Positions 9,777 to 19,414 of a stretch of 64,000 nt of DNA are shown here, in pieces. The notes beneath the pieces were generated by a model. It saw nothing but the letters and a program-made list of their open reading frames with translations, did not search any database and was not told the origin of the DNA. Within the stretch, counting starts at the first letter, position 1, and the number at the start of each line of letters is the position of its first letter. Source of the DNA: Candidatus Omnitrophota bacterium (GTDB lineage Bacteria > Omnitrophota > Gorgyraeia > Duberdicusellales > 4484-171). The stretch is taken from the NCBI GenBank assembly GCA_024231025.1, contig JAAEQW010000111.1, forward strand, positions 11,055 to 75,054, read 5' to 3'. The translations under genes and the position numbers were made by a program.

Positions 9777-10511
9777 CTATTCACCGGTAATCTTTCTACA
9801 AAACCAAACCACAGGGTCCAAAATTGCCTTAGCAGTTTTTTTCGCCCATTCTTGGCGTCTTATATAATCAGCGATATCCGGACTAAATTCATAATACAAT
9901 TCAACAAAATCACGCCCGACCTTGTTAGTTAATAGGTAATCATCCCTAAACTTGCGTAATATCTGCAGCTGTCTGCAGTTGCAATTTTCTTCATAACAGT
10001 AAGTAGCGGTAGCAATAAAACACCACCCATAACTAGGGTGAAAGATTTTGCGTCGAGCATAACCGGCGCCCTCTCCGGTAGGACCACTCCCCCAACCTGT
10101 ACTATCAGAAGAGCCAAGCAATAAGCGCTCTTCTCTGCTTCCTTGAAGCAATATAACTTCACTGGCAGTTGCCGGATCTATTTCGCTAAATCCACGCGGA
10201 GCATAAAAAGTCATAGTGTCAGGAGCGGTATTAAGATCCACGCCAAGGTTACGAAAAGGCCGAACCATATTGCCTGTTCCATCGGTTATCGAATATCTAT
10301 TATTACTAGTATCGAAATTAACTATGTAATCCTTGCGCTTAGCTGTTGCCATCTCTCCCGCCCACCAAAGATCAGCTAAAAGCGTGTTGGTTTCAGCCTT
10401 AAGGCGTCTGCTATCAACCAAAGAAAAAGACACAACTGCCCCACCGCTGATTATAGCAACGATTGCCATAACAACGATTAATTCAATTAATGTAACCCCT
10501 TTTTTATTCAT
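9777..10511 (-). CDS. FimT/GspH-like minor pilin with C-terminal CFI-box-CTERM-like domain
   Basis: KG|VTLIEL N-terminus; C-terminal GWCFIATATY...LRKFRDDYL...GRDFVELYYEFSPDIADYI. Confidence 0.85.
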   Translation of the reverse strand: MNKKGVTLIELIVVMAIVAIISGGAVVSFSLVDSRRLKAETNTLLADLWWAGEMATAKRKDYIVNFDTSNNRYSITDGTGNMVRPFRNLGVDLNTAPDTMTFYAPRGFSEIDPATASEVILLQGSREERLLLGSSDSTGWGSGPTGEGAGYARRKIFHPSYGWCFIATATYCYEENCNCRQLQILRKFRDDYLLTNKVGRDFVELYYEFSPDIADYIRRQEWAKKTAKAILDPVVWFCRKITGE

Positions 10512-10596
10512 ACCCCCCTATTAAATAGTAACCTAAAAACAAGCAATTTGCAACCGATCAAAAGTTATAACCAACATAAATACAGTTAGTTGCGTA

Positions 10597-11370
10597 CTAT
10601 TTTGCTGTTTTGGTCTTCTTAAATCTTCGAGACAGCTCTTCTTTAATTAAGTCAAATCCAAAAATTCCTCCTAGCCCGCCCCAAAATAATGTAGTCAAAA
10701 CACGATCGCAAACCGCTACAGAAATAGCTACCCCCGAATCAATACCGGCACTTTTCAGCAACAACACCATGCCGGTCTCTTTAAACCCTAATCCGGCAGG
10801 AGCCGGAGAAAGATAACCAAGAGTAAAAGAAACTGCTATGATTTTGATTGTTTCCAAAAAACCCAAAGAAAAATCAAAAAAATTGAAAAGATGGTAATAA
10901 TAAAATACAAAAAACAATGCACTAAACGCAACTAATGGAACAACCAGCGCAACTTGGCTCCCAATGTTTTTAAAATAATTCAACACATTCTTAAAAGAGT
11001 TAATGGACTTCCTCTTAATCCATAGGGCAATAGCAACAAATAGCAAAGCCACAATCAAAACAAGCGGCACCTTTACAGCCAGTTTTGCGCCAAAATATAA
11101 TCCTAAAATTAACCAAAGTGAAGCCGAAAGAATTTCTAAAATAAAAAACGCCCCCAAAGCCTTAAATGAAGGTAGGTTTTTGTTCCTAGAAAAATAACTA
11201 CCTGCCAAAAAGCCTGACCCGGTAAAAAAAACTTTATTTAATGCAGTAGCCGTGCAAGTTAATCTATATGCTTCTTTCATTTTAATCTCTCTGCTCACCA
11301 AGAGATAAAAAATAAACGCGTTAATTAACGATATCAAGATAAGACTTTTTATCGCAAAAACTATTTCCAT
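10597..11370 (-). CDS. Lysylphosphatidylglycerol synthase TM-like / UPF0104 flippase-like membrane protein
   Basis: Multi-TM protein with the SPAPAGLGFKE...DR motif. Confidence 0.8.
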   Translation of the reverse strand: MEIVFAIKSLILISLINAFIFYLLVSREIKMKEAYRLTCTATALNKVFFTGSGFLAGSYFSRNKNLPSFKALGAFFILEILSASLWLILGLYFGAKLAVKVPLVLIVALLFVAIALWIKRKSINSFKNVLNYFKNIGSQVALVVPLVAFSALFFVFYYYHLFNFFDFSLGFLETIKIIAVSFTLGYLSPAPAGLGFKETGMVLLLKSAGIDSGVAISVAVCDRVLTTLFWGGLGGIFGFDLIKEELSRRFKKTKTAK

Positions 11371-12455
11371 GATAAAGACTCCAAATAATCTGCTATTTCG
11401 CGTGATGGAGATACTGCTCCATCAAGATTTGTTTTTCTGTGCATTGTTTGGTAGTTTTGTAAAAAACTATCTATCGCTTTGTTAGAAATTTCAGAAAGCA
11501 TAACGTTTTCGCCTAAACCCTCAATCCGCTCGGTACATTTACGCAGCAATATGCAAGGTTTATCAAGATAATACGCTTCCTCTTGAATGCTGCCCCCATC
11601 AGTGATAATAAACTCAGATTTATTAAGCAAATTTACAAAATGAGCGTGCGAAACTATTTTAAAAAAATAAACATTTTCAATTTCGGCTAGTTGTTCATCC
11701 AGTTTAAACTTTTTTAAACGGTTTATTGTCGGAGGATGCCTAACAAACACAACCGCTCGCTTCGCTGCTATTCTTTTTACCAAATCAATTACAAATTGTA
11801 ATTTTCTCTTAGAAAAAATATTCTCCATTCTATGAACAGTAATCAAGGCAAACTTATCAACTTTAACTCCTAGATCCACTTGCTTTTTAAGACTGTACTG
11901 CAACGATTCATACGAAGTATTACCACCGGTCCTTACAACCTTTTTATCAAGTTTCATTTTTTCTAAATTTTTTGCTGCCCATTCGCAAGGGGCAAAAAGA
12001 ACATCGGAAAATTTCATAGCAATAATACGCGTTATCTCTTCAGGAAACGGTTCAAAGCAATTATAGGAACGAAGCCCCGCTTCCACATGGGCAACTTTTA
12101 TCCCGACACGTTTAGCAAGATACAAAGCAAGAAGGGTTGAAACCGTATCGCCATGGATAAGGCAAATTCCTTTTTGACTGCGAAATACTTTTTCCTTAAC
12201 CCAACGGGAATTTAATCCTTTTAAAAATATTTTAGCAATCCAAAATATTCCTTGAAACAATTTGGAAATGTTCACTCCATTCGAAAGACAAACATCAGGA
12301 TCTTTTAAATTAAATTCTTCCCGCAGATTAGAAGTAAGCAAGGCATGCTGGCCCAAATCAATTAAATTAAACTCCACCCCTCTGGATGTGAGCTCCTGCA
12401 TAATCGGTGCCATTTTAATAAATTGCGCTTTGGTTCCAATTGCAATATGAATCAT
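11361..12455 (-). CDS. UDP-N-acetylglucosamine 2-epimerase family protein (divergent)
   Basis: GQH, HGDT, HVEAGLRS, PFPEE, TVHRMEN, IQEEA, TER motifs. Confidence 0.9.
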   Translation of the reverse strand: MIHIAIGTKAQFIKMAPIMQELTSRGVEFNLIDLGQHALLTSNLREEFNLKDPDVCLSNGVNISKLFQGIFWIAKIFLKGLNSRWVKEKVFRSQKGICLIHGDTVSTLLALYLAKRVGIKVAHVEAGLRSYNCFEPFPEEITRIIAMKFSDVLFAPCEWAAKNLEKMKLDKKVVRTGGNTSYESLQYSLKKQVDLGVKVDKFALITVHRMENIFSKRKLQFVIDLVKRIAAKRAVVFVRHPPTINRLKKFKLDEQLAEIENVYFFKIVSHAHFVNLLNKSEFIITDGGSIQEEAYYLDKPCILLRKCTERIEGLGENVMLSEISNKAIDSFLQNYQTMHRKTNLDGAVSPSREIADYLESLSWK

Positions 12456-12573
12456 AGTAAATCCGCCTTTAGATAACTCTCTTTTGATTTAAAAAAACCT
12501 AACTTTTTTTCTTAAAAAGAATAACACCGACATCCAACGAAGTAAACGGTGCCGGACCAAACTGTTTAACCGT

Positions 12574-12628
12574 AATATCGGGGTCAGACCTTGAAATGAA
12601 CGGAATATCGGGGTCAGACCTTGAAATG
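12574..12628. repeat. Tandem duplication of the RAYT left-end motif
   Basis: AATATCGGGGTCAGACCTTGAAATG (25 bp) at 12574-12598 and 12604-12628, 30-bp period. Confidence 0.95.
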
Positions 12629-13619
12629 TGAAATGAGTTTATCAACATCTTTTTTTACCCGCTTTTCCTTCGCTATAATTATCTGCATGCTCTTGTCAAT
12701 CTTACTAACTGCAGAATAGCTTATGCCAAAAATATCACCAATGGCCTTATTGGTTAAACCACTGTGTCTTTTTAATAAGTATACTGCTACTTTTTTCGCC
12801 AACAACGGCTTTTTAACGGCTTTAAACAATTTGTCTGGTTCTGTTTTATAAACTTTTGCTATGGCTAAGATTATCTCACTAAAATCAACATAACAAAGTA
12901 TCTTTTTATGAGCAAAATCACCTGACTCTATCTCCGGTTTAAAATCCTTTAGTTTATCTAGAATAAACTTTTTACCTCCCAAGAATGATCCGGCATATAT
13001 ATTATCCATAAATGTATCTTTTTTGCCTATTGAACTTAGAATAAACTTTTTATAAGCAGCAGGTTTCATATTTAAATAGCGGTTCAATTCAGGATAATCA
13101 ATATATTTATCGTAACCAAGCTTTGTATAGCCTTTGAAGCTCGACCAGCGGTATTTTTCAGGGCTGTCTACCATTTTAGCCTTTACAGGGTTAAGATGAA
13201 TATAACGTGTGAGCTTTAAAAAATAGCTGTCTTCATCAACCAACAATGATTTAAATCTCCCTTGGAATAGATGACCCGTCTTATTACGTTTCTTATTGTA
13301 ATAAGTAGTATAGGATGTGTTAACATACTGCATTATTCTTGATAAATTAGGTTGCAGTATTTCAAGAAACAGATGATAGTGATTCGACATCAAACAATAT
13401 GCGTAAAGGTTGAATTGGTACTTATCCTTAGCAATAAGCAGATACTCTAAGAACTTTTCAAAGTCATACGTACTAATGAATATTTTCTTGCAGTTATCTC
13501 CCCGACTGGTTATATGGTAGAAACAATTTTCTGCTTGTAAGCGGTAAGGTCTGGCCATGAAACTATTTTAATATGGGTGAGGGGAAAGTCAAACCATTTC
13601 ACATTTCAAGGTCTGACCC
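12611..13619. mobile_element. RAYT (Y1 HUH transposase) element bounded by perfect 25-bp inverted repeats
   Basis: GGGTCAGACCTTGAAATGTGAAATG at 12611-12635 and its reverse complement at 13595-13619 enclose the transposase. Confidence 0.8.
12614..13558 (-). CDS. REP-associated tyrosine transposase (Y1_Tnp) with C-terminal HTH
   Basis: YHITSRG, AYCLMSNHYHL (HUH), GHLFQGRFKS, YIHLNPVKA, YRWSS; C-terminal DnaA_C-like HTH. Confidence 0.93.
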   Translation of the reverse strand: MARPYRLQAENCFYHITSRGDNCKKIFISTYDFEKFLEYLLIAKDKYQFNLYAYCLMSNHYHLFLEILQPNLSRIMQYVNTSYTTYYNKKRNKTGHLFQGRFKSLLVDEDSYFLKLTRYIHLNPVKAKMVDSPEKYRWSSFKGYTKLGYDKYIDYPELNRYLNMKPAAYKKFILSSIGKKDTFMDNIYAGSFLGGKKFILDKLKDFKPEIESGDFAHKKILCYVDFSEIILAIAKVYKTEPDKLFKAVKKPLLAKKVAVYLLKRHSGLTNKAIGDIFGISYSAVSKIDKSMQIIIAKEKRVKKDVDKLISHFKV

Positions 13620-13627
13620 TGTTATTG
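13569..13627. repeat. 59-bp direct repeat, copy 1 (RAYT right end)
   Basis: 57/59 identical to 16208-16266. Confidence 0.95.
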
Positions 13628-13701
13628 TTAAAAACTCATCATCTTTTTATGATATAATTAGTTTAAATTAATTTATTAACCGTTACTACTTCTTATTTAA
13701 T

Positions 13702-15177
13702 ATGCTATTTAACACTTTTCAATTTGCCCTATTTTTCATTATTGTTTATAGCCTCTACCTAAAATCGAATCATCGTTGGCAAAACGCAATCCTTCTTGTT
13801 GCCAGTTATATCTTCTACGGGTCCTGGGACTGGCGCTTTTTATCGTTAATTGTCTTATCAACTATTCTTGACTTTTATTGTGGAGCAAAAATATACAATT
13901 CCCCACAACAGTCAAAACGAAAAACGTTTTTAATCTTAAGTATTTTTGGTAATTTAACTATTCTTGGATTTTTTAAGTATTTCAACTTTTTTGCATCAAA
14001 TTTACAAACTCTACTCTATCATTTTAACGTTGCCATCCAACCACGGTTTTTAAATATACTTCTTCCTGTGGGAATATCGTTTTATACATTTCAAACAATG
14101 AGTTATACAATTGATATCTACCGCAAGAAGCTTGAGCCAACAACAAAGTTTTTTGATTTTGCTTTATTTGTTGCATTCTTCCCGCAACTTGTTGCTGGTC
14201 CTATTGAACGGGCTAAACATCTTCTGCCACAAATACTTTCACCGCGAAAAGTAACTTTAGATAAATTTTATCAAGGCCTTTACTTGATATTCTGGGGACT
14301 GTTTATGAAAACTTTTGTCGCTGATAACTTAGCTCAAATAGTTGACCCAGTTTTCACCTCATCCGTCCGTTTAACCGGAATAAGAGTTCTCTTTGCTTTA
14401 TACGCTTTTGCCTTTCAGATTTTCTGTGACTTTGCCGGATATTCAAATATTGCCCGCGGTTTAGGTAAAGTCATGGGCTTTGATATCATGGTTAACTTTA
14501 ATTTGCCTTACCTTGCAACTAACCCAAGGGAATTTTGGCAGCGTTGGCATATAAGTTTATCAACCTGGTTAAAAGATTATCTTTACATTCCTCTTGGCGG
14601 CAGTAAAGGTAGTAAATTAAAAACATATCGCAACTTAATAATTACTATGCTGCTCGGCGGCCTCTGGCACGGAGCAGCTTGGACATTTATTCTTTGGGGA
14701 GCTTACCAAGGAACAATTCTTATAATTCACCGGTTATTTAGCCCTTTACTAGCAAAAATACCACAACCAAAAAGTGCATTAGCACAAAAAGCCTGGTTTG
14801 CTTTACGCGTTGTCTTTTTCTTTCATGTAACATGTTTAGGCTGGTTAATTTTCCGTGCCGAATCATTAGCACAAATAGGACAAATGATTCATGCTTTAGT
14901 ATTTAGTTTTCAACTAATGCCACCAATAGCAGCACAATTGACCCCATCAGCATATCTTTTTGCTATTGTCTTCTGGCTAAAGATCCACATCAAAGATCTA
15001 CCTTTCCACACCGCTGTTCTCTTAATTATTCAGTGGTATCAATATAAGAAAAATGATTTACTAGCAGTATTTAACTCTAGTACTTTTATTAAAGTTATTT
15101 TTTACTACACATGTTTTCTATCGATATTCTTTTTTGGCGTAGCAAAAAAAATACAGTTTATTTATTTTCAATTTTAA
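13702..15177 (+). CDS. MBOAT family O-acyltransferase (AlgI/PatA/DltB-like)
   Basis: LPVGISFYTFQ, FFPQLVAGPIER, DFAGYS, FWQRWHISLS, GLWHGA. Confidence 0.95.
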   Translation: MLFNTFQFALFFIIVYSLYLKSNHRWQNAILLVASYIFYGSWDWRFLSLIVLSTILDFYCGAKIYNSPQQSKRKTFLILSIFGNLTILGFFKYFNFFASNLQTLLYHFNVAIQPRFLNILLPVGISFYTFQTMSYTIDIYRKKLEPTTKFFDFALFVAFFPQLVAGPIERAKHLLPQILSPRKVTLDKFYQGLYLIFWGLFMKTFVADNLAQIVDPVFTSSVRLTGIRVLFALYAFAFQIFCDFAGYSNIARGLGKVMGFDIMVNFNLPYLATNPREFWQRWHISLSTWLKDYLYIPLGGSKGSKLKTYRNLIITMLLGGLWHGAAWTFILWGAYQGTILIIHRLFSPLLAKIPQPKSALAQKAWFALRVVFFFHVTCLGWLIFRAESLAQIGQMIHALVFSFQLMPPIAAQLTPSAYLFAIVFWLKIHIKDLPFHTAVLLIIQWYQYKKNDLLAVFNSSTFIKVIFYYTCFLSIFFFGVAKKIQFIYFQF

Positions 15178-15180
15178 GTT

Positions 15181-16137
15181 ATGAAATTATTCAGAAAACT
15201 CATTAAACCGATCGCCATTTACCTTCTACCAACGATTGCAATAATTACATTTTTTGAAGTCGGTTTAAGAAAAGTTTTAAACACATACAATAAACGAAAA
15301 ATCGTCTTTGAAAAAAATATCGCTGATTACCAAATTCTTGTTCTCGGCAGTTCCCACGCTTTCCGCGGCATTAACCCAGCGCTGTTTAGACATAAAGGAT
15401 TTAACCTTGCTAATGCCAGCCAAACTTTATACTACGACTTAGAAATAGTAAAAAAATATATTGATAGAATGCCTGCCCTAAAGATGGTTTTAATCAATGT
15501 TGACTTTCTTTCCTTTGAGTTTGATTTAGATAAATCACAAGAATACTGGCGCTGTTTTTTCTATGAAAAACATCTTAACATCCCTCTTGAAAGCAACAAC
15601 CATCGCTTTGATATTAAACGATTTAGCCTTGCTGATATGTACGGAAGGAAAAGAAGCTTGGGATTTTTCCTTAAGGGATTTAATGTTGATTTAGCCAAAT
15701 CTGTTGCTGATGACGGGTTTATGGCAAAAGACATCACGCATAATGACAGAAATTTAATTAGTACCTTTTCCGGCAAGAAACGTGCTGATTATCATCGTCA
15801 ATTTTGTCTCGGTATCACTGACCCTTCAGAAAACATCGCTTACTTAGAAGAGCTTATTAAATTACTAAAAGACCACGACGTCACCCCGGTAATAATGACA
15901 ATTCCAACCTTTATAACTTATTATCAAAATTTTAGCGAAGGAGAACGGGCATTTATCACAAATACCGCCAAGGCAATAGGAAAAAAATATTCAGTAAACT
16001 ACTTTGACTATTTAAAAGACCCTCGCTTTATTATTAGTGATTTTTATGATAATGATCACTTATGTCATCACGGTGCAAATAAATTCAGCAGAATTATCAA
16101 TCAAGAAATCCTAATCCCTCTTTTCAGGAAAGAATAA
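15181..16137 (+). CDS. SGNH-like periplasmic acyltransferase partner (DltD/AlgJ-like)
   Basis: N-terminal TM, LGSSH block, C-terminal FYDNDHL...GA (DxxH); directly follows the MBOAT gene. Confidence 0.75.
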   Translation: MKLFRKLIKPIAIYLLPTIAIITFFEVGLRKVLNTYNKRKIVFEKNIADYQILVLGSSHAFRGINPALFRHKGFNLANASQTLYYDLEIVKKYIDRMPALKMVLINVDFLSFEFDLDKSQEYWRCFFYEKHLNIPLESNNHRFDIKRFSLADMYGRKRSLGFFLKGFNVDLAKSVADDGFMAKDITHNDRNLISTFSGKKRADYHRQFCLGITDPSENIAYLEELIKLLKDHDVTPVIMTIPTFITYYQNFSEGERAFITNTAKAIGKKYSVNYFDYLKDPRFIISDFYDNDHLCHHGANKFSRIINQEILIPLFRKE

Positions 16138-16178
16138 AATCTATTTATAACTTCCTGAAACACTTTCCATGGCGGAGA

Positions 16179-16266
16179 AATATCGAGGTCAGACCTCAGA
16201 AATACTCTAATATGGGTAAGGAGAAAGTCAAACCATTTCACATTTCAAGGTCTGACCCTGTTATTG
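16179..16266. repeat. Miniature RAYT derivative: degenerate left end plus 59-bp right-end direct repeat (copy 2)
   Basis: AATATCGAGGTCAGACCT at 16179-16196, followed by 16208-16266 matching 13569-13627. Confidence 0.85.
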
Positions 16267-16984
16267 GTTTTCTGGCCTCAATATATAGAGAACCGGATAT
16301 TTCGCGTATCAAAGGAATTGATTCCAAGCAATAACCGACTTTTTTCATAAATGGAACTAAAATTTTCGGGATACTGGGGTGTAAGAAATCAAAGTTCTTA
16401 ATCTTAATACTCTTAAAACCATGTTGCTTAAGTTTATCAAGCAACTTCCAGCGAATGAAAGCTGTTTCATCAGGGGAACTATGTGCCATTTTCTTAATAA
16501 ATGGAACATTTTTTTCTACCGCAATTTGAGGATTAAGCATATTTGGTTCAGCAAAAAAGATTGCCCCATCCGGTTTTAGTACCCGATAAAATTCCTCTAA
16601 TGCAGCATCGAGATTTAAATGATGCAATACTGAATTGCCGACAACCACATCAAAAGTAGCACTATTTAAGGCGCTTTTATAGGCATTGCTGCAAACAAAA
16701 TTAATATTATCACATGCATTATTTTCTTTAGCAATTTTAAGCAACTCTAAAGAAATATCTATCGCAATAATTTCTGCCTGTTTTTCTTTAAGCTCCGAAG
16801 CAAGCGAAGATTCTCCGCATCCAACCTCAAGAACCAACGCATTATTTCCTATTCCAAAGGCAAGCATAGACGCTCTTCTCCTCCAACGCTCCTTGCCGGC
16901 TGGCGTCTGCCAATACCAAATCCTATCGGCCGTAGCAGCTAACTTTTTGCCATGGACCATTTCATTGCGAATTCGTTGATCCAT
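16238..16984 (-). CDS. Class I SAM-dependent methyltransferase
   Basis: VLEVGCG, IDIS, FDVVVGNSVLHH, RVLKPDG. Confidence 0.9.
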   Translation of the reverse strand: MDQRIRNEMVHGKKLAATADRIWYWQTPAGKERWRRRASMLAFGIGNNALVLEVGCGESSLASELKEKQAEIIAIDISLELLKIAKENNACDNINFVCSNAYKSALNSATFDVVVGNSVLHHLNLDAALEEFYRVLKPDGAIFFAEPNMLNPQIAVEKNVPFIKKMAHSSPDETAFIRWKLLDKLKQHGFKSIKIKNFDFLHPSIPKILVPFMKKVGYCLESIPLIREISGSLYIEARKPITGSDLEM

Positions 16985-16992
16985 ACTTCTCC

Positions 16993-18051
16993 TTAGCCGT
17001 CAATATTAACCCTGGAAATTTCATCCATAATTTTAAAAATATCATAACTATAATCCCACTGCGGAAAATGCGCCTTAAACTTATCAACATTTGAGATATA
17101 CCAAATATGATCGCCCCTGCGAGCTTGGTTAGAATAGGTCACATTCGCTTTTTTATTAAATGCCTTTTCAAAATAAGCAATCGCCTCATTCATTGAAACA
17201 TTCGAATGCCGGCTTCCACCAATATTATAGACTTCACCACAACGCGGTTTATTGTAGAAATGCCAAAAAGCATTGACGCAATCAAAAGAATGAATGTTGT
17301 CTCTTACTTGCTTGGCTTTATAACCAAAGATGTTATATTTTTTAGAAGTAGCAATGCACTTAGCCAAATAAGCAAGAAAACCATGCAATTGCGCCCCTTG
17401 ATGGGTTGGACCAGTAAGACAACCCCCTCTAAAGGATGCTGTTTTAAGATTAAAATACTTACCGTATTCCTGAACTAAAATATCCGCCGCGAGTTTTGAC
17501 GCGCCAAATAAACTATGCAGACAATTGTCAACATCCATGCCCTCATCGACTCCGCAGTAAAAAGGATGCTCCTTACTTAGCTCCCAACGAGTCTCTAGTT
17601 CATCAAAGGCAAGCTGATTAGGTCGATCACCATAAACCTTATTAGTAGAAGTAAATATAAATACTGCCTGAGGGCAATAATTACGAAAGCTCTCTAGCAA
17701 ATTCAAAGTTCCATTAGCATTAATTTCAAAATCAGTAAACGGTTCACGCGCCGCCCAATCATGTGATGGTTGCGAGGCGGTATGAATTATAAGTTCAAAA
17801 TTGTTTTCTCTAAAAATCCGATCGATCGCCTCTTTGTTACGAATATCAATGTCTAAATGGTAGTATTTATCTTTATATTTTTTGCTTAAGTATTCCTGAT
17901 TCGGTCTTGTGCTAGCCTCAGAACCAAAAAAATATGCCCGCATATCATTATCAATACCAATTACTTTAAAATCCCTCTCGATGAAAAATTCTACAGCACT
18001 AGAACCAATAAGTCCTGCCGAGCCAGTAATTAACGCAACCTTCTTATTCAT
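16993..18051 (-). CDS. NAD-dependent sugar epimerase (CDP-paratose 2-epimerase-like)
   Basis: [38 protein letters not shown]. Likely start MNKKVAL. Confidence 0.85.
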   Translation of the reverse strand: MNKKVALITGSAGLIGSSAVEFFIERDFKVIGIDNDMRAYFFGSEASTRPNQEYLSKKYKDKYYHLDIDIRNKEAIDRIFRENNFELIIHTASQPSHDWAAREPFTDFEINANGTLNLLESFRNYCPQAVFIFTSTNKVYGDRPNQLAFDELETRWELSKEHPFYCGVDEGMDVDNCLHSLFGASKLAADILVQEYGKYFNLKTASFRGGCLTGPTHQGAQLHGFLAYLAKCIATSKKYNIFGYKAKQVRDNIHSFDCVNAFWHFYNKPRCGEVYNIGGSRHSNVSMNEAIAYFEKAFNKKANVTYSNQARRGDHIWYISNVDKFKAHFPQWDYSYDIFKIMDEISRVNIDG

Positions 18052-19399
18052 TAATGAATTTAATTTTCCACAGTGCCTCACAGGCGACCCTAAACATTAC
18101 TAAACCATTTCTTATTCGCTTATTCATTTTGGTAACTCCTTGCAGTCGCTCAAAATACCTTACCGGTAATTGAGCAATTTTTAAACCATAGCGAGACGCA
18201 CCAAAAATTAAATTATAATCACCCCAAAGATCACGATCACCAAGAATAAGTCTAGTTTCTTCAAAAAGCGGCCAATCGCTTCGCCAAAAAGCCTTAGTTC
18301 CACATAGTGTATCAGTCATGCGTTGATCCACAATGTAAGAAAAAATAGCTGAAAAAAACATATTACCGATAATATTAGCAAACCTAAAAGCTCCCGACTC
18401 ATAACGATAAACAAATCGTGTCCCATGGACAAAATCGGCACGATGACTTTTTAAGGCTTCATAAAATTGCGGAAGGTCCTCAGGAATAACCGTTAAATCG
18501 GCATCCAAGATCATACAGATATCACCACAGGCATGCTTAACGCCTTCGGCAACCGCTGCTTTTTTGCCATTGCCCGCGCCATGGACTAAAGTGATACTCC
18601 TTTGCGACGTTGCCTGCACATCAATTATTTTCTTTTCAGTTCCATCACTGCTTTTATCATTAATAAATACTATCTCAAGATGCGACGAAAAATCTGGCAT
18701 CCGCTCAACTATCGCGGCAATATTGCCTTCTTCGTTCTTGCATGGCACTAAAACCGAAACGCTATGCTCTCTTGTTTCCTTAATATGGGATTTGCGAGCA
18801 ACAAAAAAAGTATTCAATGCTAATATATTTAATATCGGCAATCTAACCAACAAATTATCAAAAAAAATACTAAGGATCGGCACTCTAATTGGTAACATAT
18901 ACCGCCTAATCCTCTTAACATTTTCCCATCCAGCAATTTGAAAAAAATCATCTAAATCTTTATCGCGATAAAAATCACCGAATTTTCTGTTACGAGAAAA
19001 TCCCAGCAAACCTGATAAACGAAACAAAAAAGTCAACTTCCAATTATAATTTAAGTAAATGATTTTAGCCCGGTTAGGCAATTTGATATGCAGTTTATTA
19101 AGAAAATCAACTATGTCATAGATATCAGCGATAGTATCGCAGATACAAATATAATTTAACGAAGAAAGATCACAATCATCGCTATTAAGTTTTTCGCAAA
19201 AACCAGCAACGTCTTGTGGTGTTTTTAGCCATAATTGATTTTGCGGTTTTGAATGCGACGGAATAATCGATTTGTAAAAATCAACAACTCTACTGCGCCA
19301 ACCCTTACTCAGTAGTCCATCCTTTATGTCGGGATCCAACAAGACCCTCTGATCAGATTTAGGATTCTCTAAAATAGATCGTTTTTTTTCTTTAGTCAT
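18044..19399 (-). CDS. GT2 glycosyltransferase with a degenerate N-terminal methyltransferase-like region
   Basis: [32 protein letters not shown]. Confidence 0.85.
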   Translation of the reverse strand: MTKEKKRSILENPKSDQRVLLDPDIKDGLLSKGWRSRVVDFYKSIIPSHSKPQNQLWLKTPQDVAGFCEKLNSDDCDLSSLNYICICDTIADIYDIVDFLNKLHIKLPNRAKIIYLNYNWKLTFLFRLSGLLGFSRNRKFGDFYRDKDLDDFFQIAGWENVKRIRRYMLPIRVPILSIFFDNLLVRLPILNILALNTFFVARKSHIKETREHSVSVLVPCKNEEGNIAAIVERMPDFSSHLEIVFINDKSSDGTEKKIIDVQATSQRSITLVHGAGNGKKAAVAEGVKHACGDICMILDADLTVIPEDLPQFYEALKSHRADFVHGTRFVYRYESGAFRFANIIGNMFFSAIFSYIVDQRMTDTLCGTKAFWRSDWPLFEETRLILGDRDLWGDYNLIFGASRYGLKIAQLPVRYFERLQGVTKMNKRIRNGLVMFRVACEALWKIKFINE

Positions 19400-19414
19400 G
19401 CTCTTTTTCTAAAC

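Noticed and set aside
12571-12635. 30-bp periodic repeat as a CRISPR array
   Set aside because: Only two units, no unique spacers and no cas genes; it is the RAYT end motif.
12614-13558. IS200/IS605 element with TnpB or a guide RNA
   Set aside because: No RuvC/TnpB ORF next to either Y1 transposase; the motifs are RAYT-type.
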